Below are positions 37,729 to 46,223 of a stretch of DNA of 64,000 nt, piece by piece. The notes under the pieces are model-generated. The model was not told where the DNA came from. It saw only the letters and a program-made list of their open reading frames with translations, and searched no databases. The DNA comes from Acidimicrobiia bacterium (lineage in GTDB: Bacteria; Actinomycetota; Acidimicrobiia; Acidimicrobiales; Poriferisodalaceae). The first letter of the stretch is position 1. The number at the start of each line of letters is the position of its first letter. The stretch spans positions 2,998 through 66,997 of the forward strand of contig JAJDVQ010000048.1 of NCBI GenBank assembly GCA_022826045.1. The letters are read 5' to 3'. The translations under genes and the position numbers were made by a program.

Positions 37729-38679
37729 ATGGATGCAGGGCTGCTGCTTCTGTTGCAGCGCATCTTCGATGCCCTGACCAATAGCGCCATCTATGCGTCC
37801 TTGGCGCTCGCGCTCGTGATCATCTACCGCTCGACCGGTCTGCTCAACTTCGCGCAGGGCGAGATGGCAACGTTCTCGGCTTACGTTGCCTTTGTGCTGC
37901 TCGTCGGAGCGGCGCCTGGCTTGACAGGCGGTTCGCTCGCCGCGGCCATCGGGGCGCCGTATCCGACCGTCGCGGCTATCGGCGCAGCCGTCGTGTTCGG
38001 TGCCATCGCAGGCGGCGTGACAGAGAGACTGGTGATCCGTCCATTGCGCGAGACGTCCGAATTGGCGGTGGTCAGCATCACCATAGGCCTGTTCTTAGGA
38101 GTCAATTCGCTGGTCGAGCAGTGGTGGGGGACTGCGCCGCGGCAGTTCCCTTCGCTGTTTCCGGATGCGGCAAGTGACTATCTCGATGTCGCTGGAGCAC
38201 GTCTGCGGTACTCAGCGATCGGCGCATGGGCCACCTTGCTCGTGCTGTTGGCGGCGCTGGCTTGGCTGCTGCAGAGAACGCGGGGCGGCCTCGCGTTTCG
38301 AGCAGTTTCATTCAATCGGGAATCGGCCGAACTCAGCGGCATCCGCAGCGCGCGGACGCTGATGTGGGGCTGGGTGCTCGCCTCAGCTCTCGGTGCAGTC
38401 GCTGCGGCCCTGAGCGCCAGCTCTGTGCTGCTGGAGCCGAAGATGATGCTGCGCGTGCTCGTGTATGCGTTCGCAGCCGCAACGCTCGGCGGTCTCGATT
38501 CGCCCAGGGGCGCGATTATCGGCGGCGTCGTGATCGGGCTCAGCCAGACGCTCGTCCCGGCGTACATCCCATTCATCGGTTTCGAGCTCAGCGTCCTGCC
38601 GGCACTTGTCGTCATGGTGATCGTTCTGGTGGTGAGGCCTGCCGGCCTGTTCGGCACCCAGCGATTGGAGCGGGTGTGA
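37729..38679 (+). CDS. livH: LivH-type ABC permease (copy 2)
   Basis: MDAGLLLLLQRIFDALTNSAIYASLALALVIIYRSTGLLNFAQGEMATFSAYV...; 316 aa, canonical length. Confidence 0.85.
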   Translation: MDAGLLLLLQRIFDALTNSAIYASLALALVIIYRSTGLLNFAQGEMATFSAYVAFVLLVGAAPGLTGGSLAAAIGAPYPTVAAIGAAVVFGAIAGGVTERLVIRPLRETSELAVVSITIGLFLGVNSLVEQWWGTAPRQFPSLFPDAASDYLDVAGARLRYSAIGAWATLLVLLAALAWLLQRTRGGLAFRAVSFNRESAELSGIRSARTLMWGWVLASALGAVAAALSASSVLLEPKMMLRVLVYAFAAATLGGLDSPRGAIIGGVVIGLSQTLVPAYIPFIGFELSVLPALVVMVIVLVVRPAGLFGTQRLERV

Positions 38680-39839
38680 TCGACGACGACTGGCCGACTC
38701 CGATGCCGCGTCGAGGCGATGTCGACCGTTCGGGCGACTATGCCGTCTTCGCTGCCTCCCCTGCGCCGCAGACGCCTGGCGGCGCCCATCAGGCGAGTGC
38801 AACCGGCAGTCAGATGTTGGAAGCTCCTCGACGCACTCGCCGTGGTACCAGTCCTCTCGGCTGGGTGGGCGCTGGGCTGCTCGCTGTGTGGCTGGTTGCG
38901 ATGCCGCTGACGAGCACTGCGACGCAGTTGGCGCAGAACACCCAGGCGATGGTCATGGTGCTCGCCGTGCTGGGCGTGAATCTCGCTACGGGTTACGGCG
39001 GGATGATCAGCCTTGGGCACGGCGTCTTTGTGGCGGTCGGATCATTCGCCACGGCCTACGCAGCAGCCGACATGGGGCTGCCGTGGGCCGTGTCGATTCT
39101 GGCCGGCGCGGTGCTGGCAGGCACGCTCGGCGCCGTGGTCGGACTGCCGGCACTGCGCATCAAGGGCATTTACCTTGCGCTCGTGACGCTGGGTCTCGCC
39201 ATCGTGTTCCAGCCCTTGTCGAAGCGGTTCACTGCCTTCACCGGCGGCGTCAGCGGACGGACGGTCGATGCCGAAATGATCGCCCCGACGTGGTTCGGCA
39301 CGAGCCGCTGGTCCGAGGGGCTGTATCGCTATCTGATCTGCGTTGCTGTCGTGGTGATGGCCCTGTGGCTGGTGCAACAATTGGTCGATAGCCGACCGGG
39401 CCGGGCAATGCGCGCCGTTCGAGACGACGACACGGCAGCGGCCGTATACGGCGTGAACTTGACCACCAATCGGCTCGCAACATTTGCAGCCAGTGCTGCG
39501 CTGGCCGGACTTGCCGGCGCGCTCCAAGTAGTGCTCGTGCCGTTCGCCTCGCAGGAGTCATTCCCGCCGCAGGAATCGCTCGTGCTGTACGCGACGGCAG
39601 TGCTGGGCGGTCTCGGCAGCATCTGGGGATCTGTCCTCGGCGTTGCGATCCGCGAGGCAGCTGCGGCGGCGGGGTCGGGCCTCGCTAGCATTGACGGCCT
39701 CGGTGCGATCAGTGAGTTGTTCGACCTCTTCGACGACGAGCGGCTCCTGTTTGGGGCGGCATTGATCGTGCTCACCTTCGTCTTCCCGCGAGGACTCGCC
39801 TCAGCGATCGTGGGGCGCGCCCGGCGTCGAGACGCATGA
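38676..39839 (+). CDS. livM: LivM-type ABC permease (copy 2)
   Basis: ...VLAVLGVNLATGYGGMISLGHGVFVAVGSFATAY...LPALRIKGIYLALVTLGLA... GTG at 38676 overlaps the livH-2 stop (GTGTGA). Alternative ATG about 38814. The 5' part of track ORF 38226..39839 is out-of-gene. Confidence 0.8.
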   Translation: MIDDDWPTPMPRRGDVDRSGDYAVFAASPAPQTPGGAHQASATGSQMLEAPRRTRRGTSPLGWVGAGLLAVWLVAMPLTSTATQLAQNTQAMVMVLAVLGVNLATGYGGMISLGHGVFVAVGSFATAYAAADMGLPWAVSILAGAVLAGTLGAVVGLPALRIKGIYLALVTLGLAIVFQPLSKRFTAFTGGVSGRTVDAEMIAPTWFGTSRWSEGLYRYLICVAVVVMALWLVQQLVDSRPGRAMRAVRDDDTAAAVYGVNLTTNRLATFAASAALAGLAGALQVVLVPFASQESFPPQESLVLYATAVLGGLGSIWGSVLGVAIREAAAAAGSGLASIDGLGAISELFDLFDDERLLFGAALIVLTFVFPRGLASAIVGRARRRDA

Positions 39840-39988
39840 GCTCGGACTCGCAGCGAATCGTCTCGCGATTGACATACCCAGACAAAACACGGTCTCCTGA
39901 CGCGGAGTAGTTTTCTTGTAGCCCGCGGCGTCTCAGCCATGTGCTGGGGGGCCGTAGAGCTTCTGCACACCCACTGGGGAGGTTTCAA

Positions 39989-41689
39989 ATGACCAAACGG
40001 CGAATTTGGCGTCTGCTGGCGCTGCTATTCGCGTTCTCGCTCATCGCTGCCGCATGCGGCGGGGACGATGACGCCGACGAGGGCGATGACGAAGTCGCTA
40101 CCGAGGCCACAGCCGCTCCATCAGCGGAAATGATGGAAGAAGAAGAGGTCGGCGGCGCTGCCGCGGACGACCTCGAGGCCGCCGTGGCCGGCGAGGAGTT
40201 GGAGGAAGACGAGGCCGAAGAGGAGATGATGGTCGAGATCGGTGACTGCGACGTCATGATCCCTGCCTTCGACCCTGCGTCGGTCGACCGAACCTCCATC
40301 GAGACTCTCTTTGCGTCAGCGGCGGAACGTCGGGCGGAAATCGTCAATGCGCTCTCTGCAGCGCATGTGGACAACGGCGGCAACTGCGGCGTCGGCGAGG
40401 ATGGCATTCTTCGCGGTCCGGCCGGCTTCACGATCGACATGAACGAGTGCCCGGCCGACTGGTCGAACACCACCGGCATCACCGGCAGTGAGGTCCGCAT
40501 CGGTCACACCACGGCTCAGTCGGGCACGCTCGCGGCCTACGGAGCGATCGCCTCCGGCTGGGAGAACTACCTGGACTGGGTGAACGAGAACGACCCGATC
40601 ATGGTCAACGATGCACCTCGCGACCTGACGCTGCTGGTCCGCGACGATGCCTACGTCGCCGCTTCGACGATTGAGTTCGTGAATGAGCTGATCCAGGACG
40701 GCAACGTGTTCTCGATCCTCACGCTGGGCTCGCCGAACACCTTGGCGGTCTACGGGACACTGAATGACGAGTGCATCCCGCAGCCGTTCGTGATGACGGG
40801 CCACCCGGCTTGGGGCGATCCGGACCACTACCCGTGGACCACTGGTCTGCAGCTCTCCTACTCGACCGAGGCAATCCTGTGGGGTTCTTGGATCAAGGAG
40901 AACCTGGCTGATCAGCTGCCTGTCAAGGTCGCCGGTCTGGTGATGGACAACGACTTCGGACTGGCCTACGAACTGGGCTTCCACGAGTGGGCTGATCGCA
41001 ACCCCGATGTCGTGAGCGAGTTCGTGCCCGTGCGTCACGATCCTGCGGCACCGACGCTGACCAACGAGATGACCAACGTCAAGGCCGAGGATCCTCACGT
41101 GTTCATCTCGATGACGGCAGGCGCCCCGTGCGTGCAGGGCATCACCGAGGCTGCAGCGAACGGCCTCATCGATGACATCAACGACAAGGGCGGCGCACTG
41201 TTCATGCCGTCGGTCTGCAAGGCCGTGCGGAACTACATGGAGCCGGGCGGAGAGGCCTCCGACAATTGGATGATCGTCGGCGGCGGCATCAAGGACACCA
41301 CCGATTCCCAGTACACCAGTGAGCCCTTCATCGCGTGGCTCAACGAGACCTTGGAGGCCGGCGGGCTGGATCCGAAGAACTCGCTGAACGGCACCGGCTA
41401 CATGTACGGCTACCCCTACGTTGAGGCGCTGCGCGTTGCAGCCGACCTGCCGGGCGGGCTGAATCGGACGAACTTCATCCTTGCGGTGCGGTCGATCTCG
41501 ATCTATCACCCGCTGGCACTCGACGGCATCACTGCTGAGATGTACGGCTCGGCCGATTCCTACTTCATCGAGGGCTCCGACTTCAGCCAGTTCGACTACG
41601 CCACGCAGACTTGGCAGATCGTCGGCGAAATCGTCGACGTGAACGGCAGGTCAGCCAACTGCGAATGGGTACCCGGCGAGGGCTGCTAG
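39989..41689 (+). CDS. Liv-type (PBP1) ABC substrate-binding lipoprotein with long acidic tether
   Basis: MTKRRIWRLLALLFAFSLIAAACGG (lipobox) with GGGGAGG upstream. Acidic linker ...DDDADEGDDE...MMEEEEVGG...EELEEDEAEEEMM, then a periplasmic-binding-protein body. Confidence 0.85.
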   Translation: MTKRRIWRLLALLFAFSLIAAACGGDDDADEGDDEVATEATAAPSAEMMEEEEVGGAAADDLEAAVAGEELEEDEAEEEMMVEIGDCDVMIPAFDPASVDRTSIETLFASAAERRAEIVNALSAAHVDNGGNCGVGEDGILRGPAGFTIDMNECPADWSNTTGITGSEVRIGHTTAQSGTLAAYGAIASGWENYLDWVNENDPIMVNDAPRDLTLLVRDDAYVAASTIEFVNELIQDGNVFSILTLGSPNTLAVYGTLNDECIPQPFVMTGHPAWGDPDHYPWTTGLQLSYSTEAILWGSWIKENLADQLPVKVAGLVMDNDFGLAYELGFHEWADRNPDVVSEFVPVRHDPAAPTLTNEMTNVKAEDPHVFISMTAGAPCVQGITEAAANGLIDDINDKGGALFMPSVCKAVRNYMEPGGEASDNWMIVGGGIKDTTDSQYTSEPFIAWLNETLEAGGLDPKNSLNGTGYMYGYPYVEALRVAADLPGGLNRTNFILAVRSISIYHPLALDGITAEMYGSADSYFIEGSDFSQFDYATQTWQIVGEIVDVNGRSANCEWVPGEGC

Positions 41690-41769
41690 GACGAGATTCG
41701 TCTCGTTGCGTTCGTCGCTGTACGAATACAACGGCTGAACGCACATAGCTGACCTCCGGGTCAGCAGCA

Positions 41770-41801
41770 GGGGGCCGACGGGCTGCTGCCCGTCGGCCCC
41801 C
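41770..41801 (+). terminator. Strong hairpin GGGGGCCGACGGGC-TGCT-GCCCGTCGGCCCCC downstream of the binding-protein gene
   Basis: Read directly. 14-bp perfect stem, 4-nt loop, followed by a moderately T-containing tract (TCGCGTCTGTGTCGTTGT). Confidence 0.75.
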
Positions 41802-41988
41802 TCGCGTCTGTGTCGTTGTACGGGAGTGCCGGGTGTGCGCAGCGACGACGGGGTGGCTCAGTCGCCGTCGACGATGGCCTCAGAGATGCGTTCTTCGGAA
41901 TCAGAATTCTGCATTTCGGTACCCTGAATCGCTGCTGCGCGGCGGTGCCGAGCCTCGCAGTCCCGTGGCAGAATCCGAGGAGAGCGCA

Positions 41989-42795
41989 GTGCAGTTGACC
42001 GACGAACAACGGCGGGAAGCGGCCGCGGCGCTGCTGCATGCCGAGAACACCCGCGAGTGGATCGACCCGATCACCGACACCTACCCGGGCGCCGACAACG
42101 ACGACGCGTACGCCATCGGCCAGTACGTGACCGACGCCAAGGTCGCAGCCGGCCGGGTCGTCAAGGGCTACAAGGTCGGCCTCACCTCCAAGGCCATGCG
42201 CTCGACCTCAGGCGCCACCGAGCCCGACTACGGCACGCTGTTCGACAACTGGTTCCTCGACGAGGGTTCGATCGTGCCGGCGTCGATCCTGAACGTGCCG
42301 CTGGTGGAGATCGAGATCGTGTTCGTGCTCAAATCCGACCTCGGCGGGCCCGGCACCAACGCCATCGACGTGATGCGGGCCACCGACTTCATCCTGCCCG
42401 CCATCGAGGTGGTGGACCGGCGCTACAACCGCCGCAGCACCCAGGCCGGAGTCGCCGACAGCATCGCCGACGCTGCGTCATGCGGATTCATCATCGTGGG
42501 CGGCCGCCCCACCAAGCTCACCGACGTCGACATCCGCCACATCGGCGGTGCGCTGTATCTCAACGGCGACATCGAAGAGTCCGGCACTGCCGCGGCCGTC
42601 ATGGGCAACCCGCTCAACTCGGTGGCCTGGCTGGCGCGCAAGCTCCACGAGTTCGGCGTCACGATGTCGGCCGGCCACGCGATCCTGTCGGGCTCGTTCA
42701 TCCGTGCCCGCACGATCCGCCCCGGCGACGCCATCGTCGCCGACTTCGGCCCCCTCGGCCAGATCAGCTTCGGGGTAGGACTTCCCGAAGAGTGA
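41989..42795 (+). CDS. 2-keto-4-pentenoate hydratase / 2-oxohepta-3-ene-1,7-dioate hydratase family (MhpD/HpcG-like)
   Basis: VQLTDEQRREAAAALLHAENTREWIDPIT...KGYKVGLTSKAMR...DYGTLFDNWF...EIEIVFVL... GTG at 41989 preceded by GAGGAGAG. Confidence 0.8.
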   Translation: MQLTDEQRREAAAALLHAENTREWIDPITDTYPGADNDDAYAIGQYVTDAKVAAGRVVKGYKVGLTSKAMRSTSGATEPDYGTLFDNWFLDEGSIVPASILNVPLVEIEIVFVLKSDLGGPGTNAIDVMRATDFILPAIEVVDRRYNRRSTQAGVADSIADAASCGFIIVGGRPTKLTDVDIRHIGGALYLNGDIEESGTAAAVMGNPLNSVAWLARKLHEFGVTMSAGHAILSGSFIRARTIRPGDAIVADFGPLGQISFGVGLPEE

Positions 42796-42834
42796 TGCAG
42801 CGGTGTGGGCTTGTCCGAGGATGACGACTGAGGC

Positions 42835-43221
42835 TCAGTCTTCGATGTAGGCCTCGAAGGTGCAGGAGATCTGCACCGGCCCGCCGCCTTCCACCTTCAT
42901 GTTGTGGCGGGCGGGGCGCGACTCGGGATCGGGGAAGCGCTCCAGCCATGGCCCGTTCAGGGCCGGGCGCGATGCGGCCGGATCGGTGACGTAGAACGTC
43001 ATCTTGGCCATGTCGTCCCAAGTGGCTCCGGCGCCCTCGAGCATCTGGCCGACGTGGGTGAACAGGTTGTCGATCTGCTCCTCGAGGCTGTCAGGGACGT
43101 CGCGCGACCCAGGATCGGTCGGCGGCGTGATGCTTGACGTCAAGAACGGCCCGATCCGCGTCGCCGCGGGAATCGGGTTCGCATGCTGGAAGCTCTCGAT
43201 CTCGATCGACTTGCGCGTCAT
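42835..43221 (-). CDS. RidA/YjgF-family protein
   Basis: MTRKSIEIESFQHANPIPAATRIGPFLTSS...EEQIDNLFTHVGQMLEGAGATWDDMAKMTFYV...; 128 aa after trimming to ATG at 43221. Confidence 0.8.
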   Translation of the reverse strand: MTRKSIEIESFQHANPIPAATRIGPFLTSSITPPTDPGSRDVPDSLEEQIDNLFTHVGQMLEGAGATWDDMAKMTFYVTDPAASRPALNGPWLERFPDPESRPARHNMKVEGGGPVQISCTFEAYIED

Positions 43222-43276
43222 GGTGCCTGCTCCTGTGTGCTCAGTACCGGACCGTAGATCGATTCGAGCGGCCGGG

Positions 43277-43564
43277 CTAGACGCCTTCGACCACCACCAT
43301 CTGGAACTCGGCGGCGTCGGCACGGACATCGCGAGCGTGACGGTATTTCTCGGAGTCGTAGAAGCTCTTCGCCGACTCCACGTCGGGGAACTCCAGCACC
43401 ACGAGCCGGCGATGCTCCTCAGGGCCCTCGAGGGTCACCGAATCGCCGCCGCGCACGATGAACTTCCCGCCGCTCTCGGCGACCGCGGCCGGCGAAAGCG
43501 CCTTGTACTTCTCGTACTGATCCGGGTCGGTGACGTCGACTCGCGTGATGACGTACGCAGCCAT
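43277..43564 (-). CDS. DUF1330 domain protein
   Basis: MAAYVITRVDVTDPDQYEKYKALSPAAVAESGGKFIVRGG...VVLEFPDVESAKSFYDSEKY... Confidence 0.8.
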   Translation of the reverse strand: MAAYVITRVDVTDPDQYEKYKALSPAAVAESGGKFIVRGGDSVTLEGPEEHRRLVVLEFPDVESAKSFYDSEKYRHARDVRADAAEFQMVVVEGV

Positions 43565-43592
43565 CAGCCGACCGTGCCTTCTGCGTCAGCCA

Positions 43593-44516
43593 TCAGCCGA
43601 CCGAGCTCAGGATGGCGTCGCGGCCGTGCTTGAAGCCGGCCGACTCGGCGGTGTGGTTCAGCGCTAGCTCCGACTCGAACTCGCCGGCGATGCGTGAGTG
43701 CCACATCTTGCGGGGCTGGGACATGTCGAACGGCACCCCCTGGTGCATGAGACGGCGGTTGTCCCAGATCACCGCCTCGCCCGCAGTCCACGCGTGCTGA
43801 TAGGTGCGTGGCGGCTGGCAGGCCTCCCGGTTGAGCCGATCCAGCAGTGCCACGGACTCCTCGGGATCCATGCCGATGATGTCGTGCGCATGCCTGCCGA
43901 TCAGCAGGTTCGGCCGACCGGTGTCGGGATGAACCTTCACCAGCGGCCGCACCGAGATGTCCAGGTCGTGGTAGCCGTACATGCCGTAGGTGCCGTCGTC
44001 CTGCTTCTTCGGCAGCAGCCCCGCCCGGCCCTGGCTGTAGTAGAGCGAGTGGTGCGCCTCCAGCGTGTGCACCAGCTCACGGTCCTCGTCGGACAGCACC
44101 TCGTACGCCGCCCGCATGTCGGCCCATCCGGTGTCGGCGCCGTCGGGGGGCACCAGCTCCGCAGTGAACACAGCGCCTTTGGCCTGCAGCGGCATGTAGG
44201 TGCTGTCGTGGTGCCAGCCCCAGTTGCCCTTGAGCGACTTCACGAGGTCGTCGCTCGACTCGTAATGGACCTTGCCGTCCTTGCCGACGTTCGAGATGGG
44301 TGCCGCGTTGAACTCCAGCTTGCCGAAGCGCAGCGCGAACGCGTCCTGCTCGTCGTTGGTGAGGAACTGGCCCGAGAAGATCAGCAGCGCGTACTCCAGC
44401 CACGTCTCGTGCAGGGCCTCGAAGGTGGCGTCGTCGATGGAGCGGAGCTCGATGTCGTGCACCCACGCCCCGAACGTGGCATCGAGCGGTTCGACATTGA
44501 GCGTGACAGCCGTCAT
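43593..44516 (-). CDS. TauD/TfdA-family Fe(II)/2-oxoglutarate-dependent dioxygenase
   Basis: ...LDATFGAWVHDIELRSIDDATFEALHETWLEYALLIFSGQFL...WHHDSTY...VIWDNRRLMH... Confidence 0.85.
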   Translation of the reverse strand: MTAVTLNVEPLDATFGAWVHDIELRSIDDATFEALHETWLEYALLIFSGQFLTNDEQDAFALRFGKLEFNAAPISNVGKDGKVHYESSDDLVKSLKGNWGWHHDSTYMPLQAKGAVFTAELVPPDGADTGWADMRAAYEVLSDEDRELVHTLEAHHSLYYSQGRAGLLPKKQDDGTYGMYGYHDLDISVRPLVKVHPDTGRPNLLIGRHAHDIIGMDPEESVALLDRLNREACQPPRTYQHAWTAGEAVIWDNRRLMHQGVPFDMSQPRKMWHSRIAGEFESELALNHTAESAGFKHGRDAILSSVG

Positions 44517-44681
44517 GGCCGGATCGTACCACCGGCCCCCATTTGGCTTCAGGGTGCAGGCGTCGTCCGCGCCAATCCGGTCCGGGCGGCGGGTGACGCG
44601 TCAGCAATCCGGCGAACGGGCGGCGCGCAGGCAAGACTCACCCCGGTCCGTCCGACCCCCGCCACCACAAGGAGCAGCGCA

Positions 44682-44840
44682 ATGGTCGATGCCACGTCAT
44701 CCGCCGCGACCGCGGTGGTCGGCGGCACCCACGAGGTGCATCTCTGCAACTGGATGTGGCTGCTGCTGGGCGCGCTGCAGGCGCTGTGCATCCCGCTGAT
44801 GTGGTTCGGCTACCCGCGTGGACCCGCAAGCGCCAGGTGA
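44682..44840 (+). CDS. Small hydrophobic protein (52 aa), unannotated in the track as a separate ORF
   Basis: AAGGAG 7 nt upstream of the ATG. MVDATSSAATAVVGGTHEVHLCNWMWLLLGALQALCIPLMWFGYPRGPASAR. High G+C third positions; one predicted TM helix. Confidence 0.45.
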   Translation: MVDATSSAATAVVGGTHEVHLCNWMWLLLGALQALCIPLMWFGYPRGPASAR

Positions 44841-44876
44841 TGCGGCCCATCCCGGTACCGGGGCGGCGCCGACCGG

Positions 44877-45299
44877 TTACAGCAGCTCGTACACCTCGTA
44901 GGCCAGCTTGCCGTCGTCGAGCGAGCCGATGCCGATGGCCTGGATCTTGTTGAGCCAGTTGTACGGGCCCTCCATCGACGTCTGGAAGGTGGGCGCCGAG
45001 CGGGGACTGCCGTCTTCGTAGATCTTCCCCTGGTACTCCATCAGTATGTCGACCTCGTCGTCGGTGCGGATCGAGATGCGGACGTCGAGGTGCATCGTGC
45101 CGTCGGCAGCGCGGTAGAGCCAGTCGCCTGACGGGCCCAAGATGGTGCCGTTGATGCGCTCGCCGGTGACGGTGCCGCCGTCGACCGAGGCGACCATCCG
45201 GGTGCCGGCTGGCCCGCCGCGGATGCGAGCGGCATTGGACAGGTCGGCATCGATGTCCATTCTGAACAGGTGCCGTACTGGCAGGGACGTTTCTGACAT
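44877..45299 (-). CDS. DUF3237 domain protein
   Basis: MSETSLPVRHLFRMDIDADLSNAARIRGGPAGTRMVASVDGGTVTGERINGTILGPSGDWL...; trimmed to ATG at 45299. Confidence 0.75.
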   Translation of the reverse strand: MSETSLPVRHLFRMDIDADLSNAARIRGGPAGTRMVASVDGGTVTGERINGTILGPSGDWLYRAADGTMHLDVRISIRTDDEVDILMEYQGKIYEDGSPRSAPTFQTSMEGPYNWLNKIQAIGIGSLDDGKLAYEVYELL

Positions 45300-45364
45300 G
45301 TGGGTGCTCCTTGCTTGTGGCTTATGGAGATCAGGGCTTATCGAGATCAGGGTGCCGTGTGGGA

Positions 45365-46153
45365 CTACATCGTGAAGCGCAGGTTGCGCGCGGCGTGGGC
45401 GCCGAGCTCGGCATCGCCCGACCACGTCACCAAGCCCGCAGCGATCGGGCCCTCAGGATCGATCCGCCCGCAGGTGAGGTCCATGAACGCCATCGAGTCG
45501 CAGTGCAGCGTGACGGTGGGGTTCTCGACGTGGTCCACCTCGCGGGCCCGGCCCTCGACCTGCACGTAGATGTCGCGCTCGACAGCGCCGGTGATGTCGA
45601 AGCGCATCGTGGCGCCGTCGGGCAGGCCGACCCGCTTGCCGGCGATGTAGCCGATCGACAGGTGCACCTCGTTCAGCGCCATCTCGGCGGCGGGGCCGCC
45701 GTTGCCGCTCGGCAGGCCCAGTGGGGTGCGGCAGTCGCGCTCGTGCATCCAGTGATCGAACTCTCGGATGGCCATGAAGCGACCGTAGGTGCCCGGTCCG
45801 ACGGGGGTCATCGATCCGCGGTCGAACACCTCCTCGTCGAGCGCCTCGAGCTGTGCAGCGCGTTCGTCCCACACCTCGGCAGCCAGCGCCGTCAGCTCCG
45901 CGCCGCTCATCGCCATGGCCGCCGAGAAGAGGCCGGGAATCTCGCCGAACGGCGGCGGTGTCTCCACTGATTCCGGCAGCCAGCCCGACAGGCCTTGCTC
46001 GACGGACACTTGGTGTGCCAGCACGCCCTTGACGGTCCAGTCGGGGCAGTGCGACTGCACGTCCCACTGGTCGCCCGCGAGCGAGCCGTAGAGTTCCTTC
46101 GAGCTCGCCCAGCAAGCCTTGAGGTTGTCGATGATGAGTTGCGGCTGACTCAT
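45365..46153 (-). CDS. DinB-fold / mycothiol-dependent maleylpyruvate isomerase-family protein (TIGR03083-like)
   Basis: ...LKACWASSKELYGSLAGDQWDVQSHCPDWTVKGVLAHQVSVEQ... Confidence 0.75.
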   Translation of the reverse strand: MSQPQLIIDNLKACWASSKELYGSLAGDQWDVQSHCPDWTVKGVLAHQVSVEQGLSGWLPESVETPPPFGEIPGLFSAAMAMSGAELTALAAEVWDERAAQLEALDEEVFDRGSMTPVGPGTYGRFMAIREFDHWMHERDCRTPLGLPSGNGGPAAEMALNEVHLSIGYIAGKRVGLPDGATMRFDITGAVERDIYVQVEGRAREVDHVENPTVTLHCDSMAFMDLTCGRIDPEGPIAAGLVTWSGDAELGAHAARNLRFTM

Positions 46154-46223
46154 GGTGGCCGTCCTGTTCTGTCCTGTGGTCCCTGAATGGTGATCGTGGT
46201 GCCGGAAGCTGATCCGGCGGGGC

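Noticed and set aside
32951-41801. tRNA-Gln-targeted genomic island carrying the Liv-type importer
   Set aside because: No integrase or recombinase gene is present, and I found no direct repeat of the tRNA 3' end near 41690-41990. The lower G+C impression is modest and unquantified. I keep it only as a note within the Liv finding.
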